27,632 nucleotides of DNA from Paramecium tetraurelia (Eukaryota). Under the pieces are notes generated by a model, which saw nothing but the letters and a program-made list of their open reading frames with translations, searched no databases and was not told where the DNA came from. The stretch lies in contig CT868492.1 of NCBI GenBank assembly GCA_000165425.1, forward strand, positions 186,001 to 213,632. Direction: 5' to 3'. This document shows, piece after piece, positions 11,047-23,901 of this stretch. How positions within the stretch are numbered: the stretch's first letter is position 1; each line of letters opens with the position of its first letter. Position numbers and translations under genes: made by a program.

Positions 11047-12220
11047 ATGAACAACACAATTATGTCAAGTAATGGAACCACTTATGCCTTATAAACTCAA
11101 TTAGGCAGTGGTTCATTCGGAACAGTCTATAAGGTCTTAGATCTCAGAACAAACAAGTATTATGCCTGCAAAATAGTAATTATATTTAGTTAAAGTATAG
11201 ATTTCAAAAGGATTGTTATATAAATATAATGCAGAATAAATGATTAGACAGGAAATACAAATTCAATCAACATTAAATCATAAAAACATACTCAAAGTCT
11301 ATCATTCGTTTGAGGACTCTAAAAATATTTATATCATTTCTGAATTCTGCTCTCGTGGTTCGTTGTAAATTCCAAAGACTCCATATTAAGAGAAAGAGGT
11401 TTTCAACATTTGTATTTCCATGTTGGGTGCACTGGATTGTTTGCATTAAAATAAAATAATCCACAGGGATTTGAAAGTAATATAATAATTATATCTTCTA
11501 AATATAGTTAGAAAATGTTTTTCTTCACGATGATGGAACCTATAAATTGGGCGACTTTGGTTGGGCCACCTATATCGACAAGGTGGAGCCCATTCTTTGT
11601 GGAACTACCGAATATATGCCCCCTGAGGTGGTTCTGAAAAAGTAACATGATTATAAGGTGGACTGCTATTCGCTTGGAACTTTGATATATGTAATATATA
11701 GAAGTAAATATCATAGATCTTACTACATACTCACTACCCATTTTAAGCCAATTCTTAGTCTGAACTAATTGCCAAAATTACCAGTCAAGAAGTGATTGTT
11801 AATAGTCATATTGATGAGGATTTGTAAATTCTAATACAAGCATTGTTGACTAAGGATCCCAACGACAGGCCCACAGTGCAATAATTGTACCTAAGTAGAT
11901 GGATTAAAAATTAGATGAAGCTGAATAATATCTTCAACAAGTATGAGAACGAATAACTCAAAAACAAATTTAGGAATAAAAATATTGCAATCAAGACTCT
12001 GGAAGTGAAGTAAATATTTAGTTTTAATTTTCAAAGTGGATCAATCAAAGGCAGTTTATCTGATAGTCAAAAAAGCTCATTAACTCATAGTTCAAGTACT
12101 CAAATCAGCTCATCCAATAATGCATGTTCCCCTGTTTCAAACAAAGGGCTTATCGATTCGATATTCAACTTCAAGGAATTTGACAATATCAACTCTGTAC
12201 CATAACCTAAACTTTATTGA
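11047..12220 (+). CDS. Ser/Thr protein kinase, Aurora-like
   Basis: Motifs LGSGSFGTVY, YACK, HRDLKLEN, DFGW, LCGTTEYMPPE, DCYSLG and RPT are present. Introns are 11176-11200, 11477-11507 and 11691-11716, with a possible in-frame intron at 12010-12036. Confidence 0.93.
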
Positions 12221-12498
12221 GCATTTAATCATACTAAATGAATTGATTTGTAAATATTTATTATATTTTTCAATATATTAAATTTCATCTAATAAACACT
12301 TTTAATAAATTTACTTTTATATAATAATCATATTATATTCATACACAGAGTTCTTAAATTATAAAATATTACTAGTTACTTTATGGCATTGTAGTTTATT
12401 TCTTAGCACATACTGCAATGCTTTAATTGGATTGGAAGAGTGATAAACTCTTTTGTGGTGTGATATTTTTATCAATTTTTATGTTATTATTTATAATA

Positions 12499-13515
12499 AT
12501 GACCGAATAATATATTATTGATTCAGATATTATTGAAGATGAAGGTTATCGTCCAGTGTCAGTTTACAACCTAAATGTATGTTTCAAAGAAGACATTGAT
12601 TTTAGATTGCAAGATTGCTAATTGAACGAACCTGATTTTTAAGATTTAGAGCAAAAAATGAATAAACTAAATTATAATTCTTTTGGTTTTAAAAGTGGAA
12701 TGGTGAAGCATTAAAAATAACCACAACATGAGTCAGGAACAAACTCAATCCATAACAAAATCAAAAAAGAATAACTATCCTTTAAAAAGCCAATTTAACC
12801 TGTTCAATAATTATCTATAGTTTCCAATGGAGAATAATCCTCATTGTTTTCAAGAAAGGAAACAGTTCCAAAAATTAACTTTGTCTCTGAAATGTAAGAT
12901 AGTCAAAACCAAAATACCACAATCGATTTAAGAAAGAATCTAAAACTCCATACTCATGGACCTTTTGATATAACGAAATTAAAAGATGGTTTATCACCAG
13001 CTGTAAATAATAGATTCTCCTCCAAAAAGTAGTCCCAATTCTCACAAAGATCACATGAAACCTACAATTCCTTTTTGGACTTGTCTTACAATAACACCCA
13101 ACAAATTCCATCTTAAAATTCAATCCATTATTAAGATACTCGGAAGGATAGATCCAAAATTGCAAAGACAACGATTAAATTAACATAAAACAAATAAAAT
13201 TAGAAACTAAGAATTTCATAACAAGCTAACTCACAAAGAACATCTTAATTATCATTATTAGAAGTAGATGGAGTAAGAGGAAGATCATAGAGTTCTGTCT
13301 CTACTCCAAAAAGTATCTTAAAAAATCCTTCCTTATAAAATTCCTAATTGGATATTATAAGCAGATTAAGTTTCTAAAGTAGGCTTAGTTTTTCAAGTTT
13401 AAACATCACTGGGAATTCTCCTCAAAAATAATAATCAAATTCTTAATCTCCTGCAAAAAGGGTCAAATTTTGTTTAACCAAAAAGTAAGCAAGAAGAGAA
13501 CACATTCCATGTTGA
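12499..13515 (+). CDS. 338-aa low-complexity protein with C-terminal KSILK and KRVKF PP1-docking motifs
   Basis: Intronless frame ATG 12499 to TGA 13515, rich in S/Q/N/K. TPKSILK is at about 13303-13323 and SPAKRVKF at about 13447-13470. Confidence 0.82.
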
Positions 13516-13609
13516 CTTCAAAGTCGATAATTGTAAAGTAGTAGTTCTACTGTGTTATAAAAATGTATTTGTAAATAAATAAATTTATTTAAATATCTAA
13601 TTACAAAAA

Positions 13610-15111
13610 TCAAAAATAAACATCAAAATCCTGGATTAATTTATCATCACCTTTGCTTTCCTTTACTTTGTTAACAATTCCAGTCATTTCAAGCATTTTT
13701 ATAACTGATGAGAATGGTAATACTAGTTCATTGTTAATATCCTAACAATCAGATAACTTGTGTAGTATATTAATTAAAGCTTTGAGGGTATGTTCTTCAA
13801 TCTTTATAGATCGTGCTTCCATTGAAAAGAAATGATTGCATATATTAAACAATCCTATTTTAATTAATTTTGATAGCTATTCTTCATTAGACTAAAATAT
13901 TAAAATTTCTTACTAAAATGGATAGATTCAAAATAACATAAGAGAATTCAAGAGCCTCATTGTCTGACAATTCAAAACACTGTTCAAATATTTCCTCCAA
14001 TAACTTAGAGTCTAATAATTTAACCAAAAATTCATTATTATGGATTTTATTGGAAATAGCCCAAAATAATTAGATTCTTAATGCTTTGTTGAGGTCTTGT
14101 GATTGCAGATTTGAATTTACTACTTTCTTATAGATAGTGAGTTCTTTATCGAAGAATTTATCACTTATCCCAAAATAAATAATCACAACTTTTAAAGCCA
14201 AAAAGTCATAACTAGTTTTTAAAGCAGCATCATATATCTTTAAGAACATAGGGGAAGAAATGATCTCATCCGCAAATGAATAATTAGTCTCGAATGATAA
14301 TTTCGAAGGGATTTCCTCCAAAATTTCTAAGGCTAGTCTTTTTATGGCTTAATTTTCATCAAAATAGGACTTGATCACGTATTCTTTAATCGATTTTATG
14401 TTTTCAATATTTATATCCTAACAAAATGTAAAGGCTGATCCTATCAAGGCTAAGATAACTTCAGAAAATTGTCTAAAAGGGTCAAGGACCATTAATTATG
14501 CTAAAAATTCAAAATCATTTTGGATGATAAAATCTCTATAAGTCTATTTTTCTTAGGCAAGAAAATAGATGCAATTTAAAGTCTAAAATAATTTGAAAAG
14601 TTACTTAAGGAAAGATTTCTAGTATCTCTTCTTTAATATTGTTCTTTAGGTATTCCAATAGTTGAATATCATCTAATTCTGCAAATCTTTAATAATCTTC
14701 TCTGTTTAGATAGTAGAAAACACTTTGAATGAGAGTTGCATTGATTTCTTGAAATTCACTATCCGCTTTAGAGAGATTAATAAGAAATCTAGATTATTTG
14801 ATATTATACCTAAATTTTTTTACTATATTTTCAGTCACCCAATAATCAATATTTTATTCATCCTCTAAGGCTTTCTAGAGTACTTTCAGTAATAACTTAA
14901 TATTATTAAGATCTTCTTCAACTAACTACTCTTTAAATTGGTATTTAGCAAGTTCATCACAAACCTTATGTAGAAAATCATTTTTTGTCTATTCATAATT
15001 ATAAAACCTCCTTTTTTTCTTAAACTCCTCTGTTAGTTTTTAGTGTCTTATTTAGACTCTAAACTTCTCTCTTTTCAATGTCAATAATTCGTTTGATCCG
15101 CCTTAATTCAT
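13610..15111 (-). CDS. Divergent importin-alpha-like / ARM-repeat protein (~478 aa)
   Basis: The N-terminus KREKFRVQIRHQKLTEEFKKKRR resembles an IBB domain. Helical repeats follow, including ALRIQLFWAISN. Introns are 14789-14809, 14583-14604 and 13892-13913. Confidence 0.75.
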
Positions 15112-15142
15112 TTTAAATTTTAATTAATATTATTTTTTATAA

Positions 15143-17454
15143 TCAACAAATAGGTAAAATTGTATGTGAACTCATCTTACTAGTAGGCCTAGGAGTTATT
15201 GATGATAAAATTGCAGTCATTCTTTTTTGATTTGGATTATTTCTAGGTACTTCTAATAAAGATTTCAAAGAATTAAGTTTTTTGGAATTACTAATTTAAT
15301 CTGTCGTATGTGCCAAACTATCATTTTTTGATATTAGTCTCTCCGACAAAAAGTTATTTCTATGTTATTAATTATAATAAATACTTAATATTATTGTTTT
15401 AAGATGATCTTCTAGCTAAAAAAGGTTTTGATGATATTAAACTTTCCTTCTCATCCATCATTTTCTTGATTGTTTCTTTTGTATTTATATTAATCTCCCT
15501 AATTAATTGTTCCTCATCTTGAGTCTTATGATGACTGCTCATCTCTTTGCAAATTTCTTTATTAACAATTGCTGACTTCTCCTCTACTCTAACATCTTTG
15601 TTTAGTCTATGTTTGTTATACAATTGCTAAAATATATTGGGTGCAGATGAAAAATTTCCCTATCTCTACTTATTATATTGCTCTAACAATTAAGATTGTT
15701 CAGTCTTTGTTTTAATCCGAATTTGTATGCTTAATAATGATTGCAATTGATTGATATTTTTAGCTTATTACTTTTTCTGTCTCTTCCTTGATTCTCTAGT
15801 TTCGAATTCAAAGGGATCTTTCCTCAAATCAATACATCCAAATATTCTCTTAAATTCTAAAATATGCTAAAAATGTTTACAAATCTATTATTTTGATTAC
15901 TACAATTTTTTATCAAAAGAGTATGTATCAGCCTGCTATTAAACTAAATCCTGATTATGCTATTCAGCTAAACTTTCCAATTCTTGCAATTTAACTGACT
16001 TCTCAATTGCCTTACCATAAAAGACTTGCAATGTGACATCTTCTTTATTTACTTGCTTTTGGTATTTCTTCTACTTTTAAACATGAATCATAGTCTAGGA
16101 CAACCCTTCTGATTCTGTTTAAAATCTAGTTGATAATCCATTGTCTGAATTCTTAGTTTTCAATAGTGCTGACCTGCACAACGCTGTTGATTCATTTTCA
16201 GTTGGTTATAATTTATAAACCATCTGAACACTAGCGTTAGTTTTAAGAGCTCTTGATTTCTCTAATTATGTATCACTCTCTGTTATTTCAGAAGTGTAAG
16301 GTAGTTATGATTTATCATAATAATAATATTGCCTTTTGATTTTAGTAAATTCACTAAATTCATAAAGCATATTAGTGTAATAGTTTAATTGGTCTTCTTC
16401 TCCATGAACTTAAGATGTCTCTTCTTCAGGCAGGGCTTGCTTCAGAACTTTAAGGATTTCAGCTTTCTCAAGAGCATACTCAATGTATCTTGTATTATCA
16501 ACATATTATTAGAAATATAGCTTTCCAATTGAGTTTTCTGGTTAATAATTCGAGTCTATCCAAGTCATCATTTTTATTGTTTCTTGGTACTTTAAAAAGT
16601 CATTCATTTATTCATACACTAAAGCTATTAAGAACAAAGACAATATTATTTCTTTAGTCTATTTATATTATTATTAGTAATAATTACGTAATAATTAAGA
16701 GTCATCTTTATCTCTTCCAATGATGTAAGTGTGATTTCCTTATAGACGATGATCAAATTTCTTTAATATAAGTCGAGTCCTTTAAGATAATATTTCAAAG
16801 CGGTCTAATAGTTTTGCAGTTGAAAGTAGCTGTTTCCAGTAATTAAATTATATTTTCTAATAAATATTTGAACACTTTCTTACCCTTATAAGCATAAGAA
16901 AAACCTTATTTTATCTATCAAAGCCTGTTCTATTATTGTTCCACTCAAATGATGCAAATATAACAGACCCCTGGCTACCATTTGATTTTTCTAATAATAT
17001 TGAGATCTGAACAGTATAGCCTTTATCATTAATGATACCAATTCTTGAGTACAAAACTTTTCTAATTAGGAATTTTACTATCACTTACTCTTAAACTAGA
17101 TCTTCAAGAGAGAAATACTATCATGAAAATCTCTCAGATATAATTAAAATCGAGACCAAAGAATGAATTAATTTTTGCCCTAATTAACTTCGTTTTTGTT
17201 GATTTTCAACTTGAAATACATTAACGTGCAATAACACAATCTCCTCAAGACCTTTATCCTCAAAAGTAAAGGTGATTCGATTGGTAGCAGTTTTTTATAT
17301 TGTCCATCCAAATGCGTAATGCATTTCCGATAATATCCCTAAATTAGAGAGAACTTACATTTCTGATCAAAGTGTTGGAGTCAACTAAGAATTATTCAAT
17401 TTAGTTGATTAAATGTGGGTTTTACGGCAAGGCTGAGACCTTTATTTGCAACAT
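15143..17454 (-). CDS. TPR-like plus coiled-coil hypothetical protein (~727 aa)
   Basis: The frame is continuous after removing introns 17339-17358, 17062-17088, 16857-16883, 16659-16687 and 15360-15384 (2184 nt). TPR-like helices include GNSYFQLQNYQTALKYYLKGLDL and LFLIALVYEQMNDFLKY. Confidence 0.8.
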
Positions 17455-17540
17455 ATATAAATATATAAAATTATTGGGCAGATGTAGCATAATATGAAAT
17501 AAATATATATATGATGTCTACCTATTAAACATTATCATTA

Positions 17541-18962
17541 TCATTGTTCTTTCCTTGGAACTTCAATAGCATCGACGTAATTATACTTTTTGAATTCCCC
17601 AATTACTGCTTTTACAGATGTTGCCGGTATCAATCCAACCTCAGTCACTATCTAATAAATCGCCTATTACTCATACCATATTGATGTAATTGGATTAAGT
17701 TATATCATATCTGAGACTTAAAGAAGTGTATTATTGATTTTCATTGCCCTGTTCTAATTATGCTATCTCATTCCAAGATAAAGAATCAATCTGACTTTTC
17801 TCTGAGAATTTATAACTTTCGCAAAATACTAAAAATGGTATCTTGTGAGTTGATGCTAGACATGCCAATAAAGCAGTTCCGACTCTAGAAACCAAAGCTC
17901 CGTTACATAACATAGATGATGCTCCTACTAGAATTTTGTCAACCTAAACAATATTCATCGTTTTCTACTTTTGACAGAATGTAACTGACATGAGATAACA
18001 ATATTTGATAACAGGGAATACCCTATTATTATAAGCGATTCACTAATTAAGACCCTTCTCCGAATTGAGGATTATCGACTACAAAAATGGTCAATTGCTT
18101 TCCTTACTTGAAGTAGTTTATTATGAAATTCTCAATCAAATAGGATCTTGCATACACCAGAATTGTTGTTCCTTCCTATATCAATTAAGTAGCCTGTAAA
18201 TTATACAATTTTATATCAATACATTTTTAACAATTAATTCTGATGCTGAGATTATTTTGGATTGAATGAATTAATCAATTTGATTGCATAGCCAAACTTT
18301 TGATTCGTTTTCATCAAGTCTTGTGTCTCTCAGGATCATCAAACACTCTCTTATAAACAAATATGATGTGCTCATTCCTTCATTCACTGTTCTAAAGTTT
18401 TTCATCAAATTAAAGATTTTCTTTAATTCATCCAAAAATGCCATAGCAAAATAATTTGATTGTCTTGATAGCTTATAATCCCGTATAAATTATTTTAAGG
18501 CATTTAGAAACTCAACACATCGATGGGTGGACCCTATACATTATCCATTTTGATATTAAATGCAAAGCTCTATAAATGCATGATGCAAAGTTAAAGGCTA
18601 TATTCTAAGAAATTGCTTACATCAATTTATTTGACAGTCTTGATACTTACAGAAGTATAATCTTCAAATATGGGTAGATGCGAAAGAAAATCTTTTCGCT
18701 TATTTTACTCTTTTGAAGCATTTGTTTAAGCAACTTATTTATCATTTGTTGGCACCTATTATTAGGTAGGCTATTAATCAACTGTCTATTATTGGATAGG
18801 CTATTTATTTTATTATTATGGTGGCTAATTAGTTTCCTATTTTCCTTCACCTTATTCTTATTCCTGCTTCTGCTTCTCTTTATTAGCCTTCTTATCAAAT
18901 TTTTCTTTTGGCTTCCAAGGCTCTCCCTTTTTAGGATTTTGTTGATTTGGTTTTTCAGACAT
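17541..18962 (-). CDS. EIF2B4: Translation initiation factor eIF2B delta subunit
   Basis: Motifs FLSHLP...LHHAFIELCIQY...GSTHRC, VGASSMLCNGALVSRVGTALLA, FCESYKFSEKSQID, LRYDIT and IVTEVGLIP are present, with a K/Q-rich N-terminal extension. Four introns (23, 29, 25, 25 nt) give 440 codons. Confidence 0.93.
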
Positions 18963-20039
18963 AAATTCTTTAATATTTTTTATGATAAATTAAATGTCAA
19001 TTAGGATATCGAGTCAAAAGTTGATTCGGTTCCTATTCTTCATAAATATTCAAGATTTACTCAATTTTAAGGTATCTTAAAAAAGTTTAGTTTATTTGAT
19101 GTAGAAAAACAAATTACAATGTGAACAAAGATGAATGCAAAATAAATTGCACGGATACGACTATTTCAAGAATGTGTAAAATAACTTAGTAATAAGTTTT
19201 CTATTCTCTCTATTTAAATCAGTTGCTGTTGTAAAGAGATTTAATAAAGGTAAAATGAGTATTTTGTTAAAATCTATTGAAATAATTTAATAAAAGCACA
19301 AGAGAACAATAAGAGAATATTAATCATAGATCATGCTAAAGTTGAAATGATTAATTATAATGTAAAAGAATGGAGAATAAGTTTTTGTAATTTTTGTATA
19401 TTTATAATTTTAAAGAAATTTTTATTATGATAAACTTTTTTCCATTAAAAATAAAACTTCTCATCTAAAAATAGTAATTTAATTGATTATATAATGCTTT
19501 CTTTTGAATTAATTATCTCCAAATTTGTATTGTAATATCTTAACCTAACTAATCATTAAATTTATTTTAAATAGATAATGCCATAAATAAGATATTTTAT
19601 ACTAATGATAATCTTAGTTTATTTTATTAGGTTGTTGTGATAAATTTAATTTGTGGAGATTTTATATTCATTAATTCTGGATTGTTAATTTTCATTTATT
19701 ATTGTCTAAAGTTATAAAATATGCAAATATATATTTATATAAATTGAATATAATCATTTATTGCCTAATATATATCTATTAATAATAAATTAACAAAATT
19801 CAAATTAATTTTGCAAAATGAGAAAAATCATTTAACACTAAAATGTAGTAAGGAGAATATGATGAGGATTTGAAAATTTGAGAATGGAAAAATACTGTGA
19901 GATGATTTCAATTAGTATCATTCTTATAATCTTTAGAAATGAACCATTGAATAAAAAGGTATATAATTAAGTAACAGAATAGAGTGATTTAATTGAATCT
20001 AGAAAAGAAGTTTACTTTGTTATTTTACATTTATCTCAA

Positions 20040-21040
20040 AATTGAAAAATCACAGAAAACCCATTCCTAAAGTTAATACACCACTCAAACCATCCTACAA
20101 TCTTACTGAAAATTTTTCTTGATATCATCCTCTTCCTCTACTATTAGATATTTCTTCTTGTAATCTTTTTATTCCATAATGACAAAAATCCATCATAGAC
20201 CTTATATCCCATTTACCAGTTCATTTACCATTTTAATTTTGGCCAACTATAGCTATTTGCGATCCATTCAAAACCTTTGACTAAATTTAACTCCTTCATC
20301 ATATTATCCACGATTTCAAGATTTTCATTTAATTATTGAATTTATTCAAAACTTTCCTGACCAAACTTCCTTAAAAAAAGTATTCTATCATCCTAATTTC
20401 AGACCTCTAAGACTTACTTGTTATTCCAAAACCATGGCTTAACTCAATCAAATTTTCCCGATCTTAATTTATTCTCTTTCATCACATAATCCTCCATTAC
20501 TGATATATTAGCTATTTTTAAATTTACTTATATTCAATAGGGTCACTACCATTTTTCCTTTGCAAAATTTCCATCTGCCACCATATTTATAATGATTATA
20601 GTAAGTGACTAATGATTCTTCGAAAAAATAATCCACATACCATTTTTCATCGAGCCTTCATCATAATATGATTCACCGCCACCAATAAATTGATTTAGAT
20701 TGAAATCTACAAATATTATAACCCAGGAAAACTACCTGTTGCAAAAATACCCCAATACAGACTTGTTTACCATTTTATATTCACCACTATGAGTGACTTA
20801 GGAATTATCCAAAAATTTATCACTCAAAACTGTCTAATTTCCATTTATTAAACCCTCTTTATTGTATAATTCACCACTATAACTTAACATATCTTAATTA
20901 TTTTACAAATATTTCCATAATGTAATTTTTTCTCAAAAGGTATTATCCTCTCTAGTATAAATTAGTTAATTAAAAGATCCAAAAATTATTAATCAATCCA
21001 TTCCATAAGCCTTGCTTAAAACCATTCTGAAAGTATCAAT
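20040..21040 (-). pseudogene. Degenerate member of the Paramecium GxY..G.K.G.W (MORN-like) repeat family
   Basis: Fragments FQNGFKQGLW, SGELYNKEGLING, SQVTHSGEYK/NGKQV (1-nt frameshift), IGGGESYYDEGSMKNGMW and GQYDEGVK are interrupted by in-frame TGAs and frameshifts. Confidence 0.75.
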
Positions 21041-21674
21041 TTTTTGTCGATTCTTAGGAATTAATTTAATGAATCATTTACTAAAATATTATTATTATTG
21101 TTATTTTCATCTTAAATGAGGCTTTTTTCCATTTTTACTTGAAAAATTATCTTTCTTTTTCTAATCTCCTTTATTGCAAATAATACATCCTATATTAAAA
21201 ATCTTAATTCTTAATCATGACAATATAGTGAAATCAAATAGAAGAATTAGCTAATAATTTAATCCAACGAATTAGTAAATGCTTAAGAAACTAATTCCTT
21301 GATCTATACCAAGAAAAAAAAGAAATTATAACCTAGAGCATAGATTACTTGAAATCATGATGTTTGGATAAATTTTAAAATTTTAAAGGGTATCCATAAT
21401 AAATAATTTATTAAACCATAAATCGTTTTTTAATATTTGAATAAATAAGGCCTGATACAAATTGTAAAATCCTTATCATTATATTGTATAAATTTTTACA
21501 TTTATTCTTATCATAAATTATTCTACACATCAAATAGTTATGAAAAATCATTATGGAAATAGCAATATTGATTATGTGATTATAAATGATTTTTTCTCCT
21601 AAAATTCCTAGCTTCATCACTAATAATTGAGTCCAAATTGATAAATTTGTTAACTTAAGGAAATATTAAAATAA

Positions 21675-22995
21675 ATGATATTTTTTACTTTTTTTTTAAT
21701 TTCTTATGGTTTCATCACATATGATGAAGGGAAATTCAGAGCATTTCAAATTGTCACCGGAGTATTCTTATGCTTCGATAACAAAGAAAGATCAAGAGAT
21801 ATTACATTTAGAGACTCATTTGAAAATATCCCTCAAATTATTTTGATTCCAGAATTATTTGATATTCCTGGAACTAAGGTTGACTACAATTTGGAAATAA
21901 CGCAAATTACTTTAACTAGTTTAATTGTTTATATATAATTTAGAGTTTACTCTCAGAATAAAATGCTTTGGTGGAGTAGTTTAAGGAGTTCACTATAAGT
22001 GGCTTGCAATTGATGATGCAAGAGTCTAAGTTATTAATAAATTTAATATAAGAAGTTTTGAGCAAATAACTCTAGATCATCCCAACCCAAACGCTTTAAA
22101 ATGCTTAATATCTGTCATTGCTTTTTCTTTTACAGGAGCTGTAAATTTTGAAGTCAAAGTAAGTTAATTATTAAATTTTTAGGTCTCTGAATTAAACACT
22201 AAGAGCCTAACAATTTAAATAACAGGTCCATAAAATTAGCTATAATATCTTACCTCTCTGAGCTACCAAATAGTTTTAGGAATTAATGAAATTTTTGAAT
22301 AATACTAGTAGCAAGCAATAAGTTTACCTTATATCAGCCCTTAATTCACGTTAATCTAATGGTCATGGTTCCTTTTGCCATTTTAAGGATTTTAACTCAA
22401 TGGAATAAATGCAACCCTATTCAAAAAAGAATATGCTTTAGGCAGTAATAGTCTGGCGTATCAATTTAATGGCGGAAATTTTTAAAGTGATTAAACAACT
22501 TGCTGCTGTCTTCAAACTTCCAAGCATATACCATAATGGATGAAATTTTACGATATCACCGATGCGACATTTCTTGAAATTGGTTCAGTTTTAATTAAGT
22601 AGTTCTTTGATAGCAAGGTTGATTACATCCAATCCTTCAAAGTCATAATTGAAGGAGATTATTAAATAGCAACAGATTTAGGCAAAACAAGACTTATCAT
22701 AGATGAAACAGATACATAACCAATTTTAAATGTTCGTGCAAAATGCACTAATTAAGAAACTTTGAAAATAAACCTAAATTTTCAAAATCCTAATGAAAAT
22801 AGTATTACAAATCCGATACTCCACAACTGCTAGGACTCCTACTAAGAAATTATAATTTCCTTTTCCCTTATACCTACTTAAGTAGCTTATTAAGATTTAA
22901 TAGTTGATATTTAAGAAACAGAATGCTAAATTTCACAAGTATTATTCAATTAAAGGCAAATTCGACGGCTTCTATTTTTTATTCAAAAATAATGA
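21675..22995 (+). CDS. Putative secreted H-type lectin-domain protein (~423 aa)
   Basis: A hydrophobic signal-like N-terminus is followed by the pattern ITFRDSFENIPQIIL...D...ITLTKFTLRI...VHYKWLA. Introns are 21919-21943 and 22159-22182, and TGA ends at 22995. Confidence 0.78.
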
Positions 22996-23901
22996 TCTGA
23001 ATTTTTTTATTGGTCAATTTTTATTATTTACCTTTATTAAATTGATCTTTTATTCTACTTCAAAACTATGTTTATTCCAGAATAAACCTTTATCCTATCA
23101 CTATTAAATAAATATATATACTTCATTCTTATTCCTAACTTTATAATTATTATTCATTTAAGATTTGTTGATAAATAATCTTATTTTAGAGTGAAATTAA
23201 TGAAATCTTCCTTTTGCCTATTTGTTATCTTGTATTAATATCAATGTAAAATCCAAATTGTAAGAGTTGTTATATTTTTAAGAATTTATTAGAAAGTGTT
23301 CTGACTTGTTCTATAAAGAGTTGATTTCTTATGACAAAGCTGTCGATAAAGAATTACATATCGAAAAAATACAATATTTTGGAAACTAATAAGCTATGTT
23401 TATTCCATAATGAAAAGTAAAACAGAAAGTTTATAAAAAGAGAAAATATATCACGTAATATTTATTTATCATTACTTTTATTGATTATTATTCTTTATAT
23501 TTATTTGATAAGAATAAATTATCTAAGATTGAACAATAATAAAATTAATTTTTTTTGAATGCCTCAGGTGTATAGTTTTTATCTTGAGTTTATTCGCAAA
23601 TTAAATATAAAATTTGTTTATAATTTTCATTTTCTTGAGAATTTTTAGAGTTTTTTTATGAGGAAATAAAGATTTAAAATAAAAATCAGGTTAGCACTTT
23701 CATATTGTTCATAAACTTTTATATACAAAAAACTTAAAGAATTAATAAGGAATTAATGATTTGATAAGATTCAATATTAAAAAATGATTAAATCAACATT
23801 TTATTGTATTCCAACAAAAACACATTTATGAAAAACAAAGTATATAAGATATTATTTATTGATGATTTTAAATAATAATTTCAAAATAATTATTCAAATT
23901 T

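Noticed and set aside
15143..16607. Separate gene starting at ATG 16607
   Set aside because: The frame continues upstream through a 29-nt intron into the TPR exons, giving one gene from 17454.
19000..20030. Gene, IES or transposon in the AT-rich spacer
   Set aside because: Only short protein-like scraps are present, with no clear TA-bounded inverted ends or transposase motifs.
21411..21620. 69-aa minus-strand ORF
   Set aside because: It is I/N/K-rich low-complexity sequence with no recognisable motif.
23000..23900. Mobile element or telomeric repeat
   Set aside because: No terminal repeats, G3-4T2-3 arrays or coding signal were seen.
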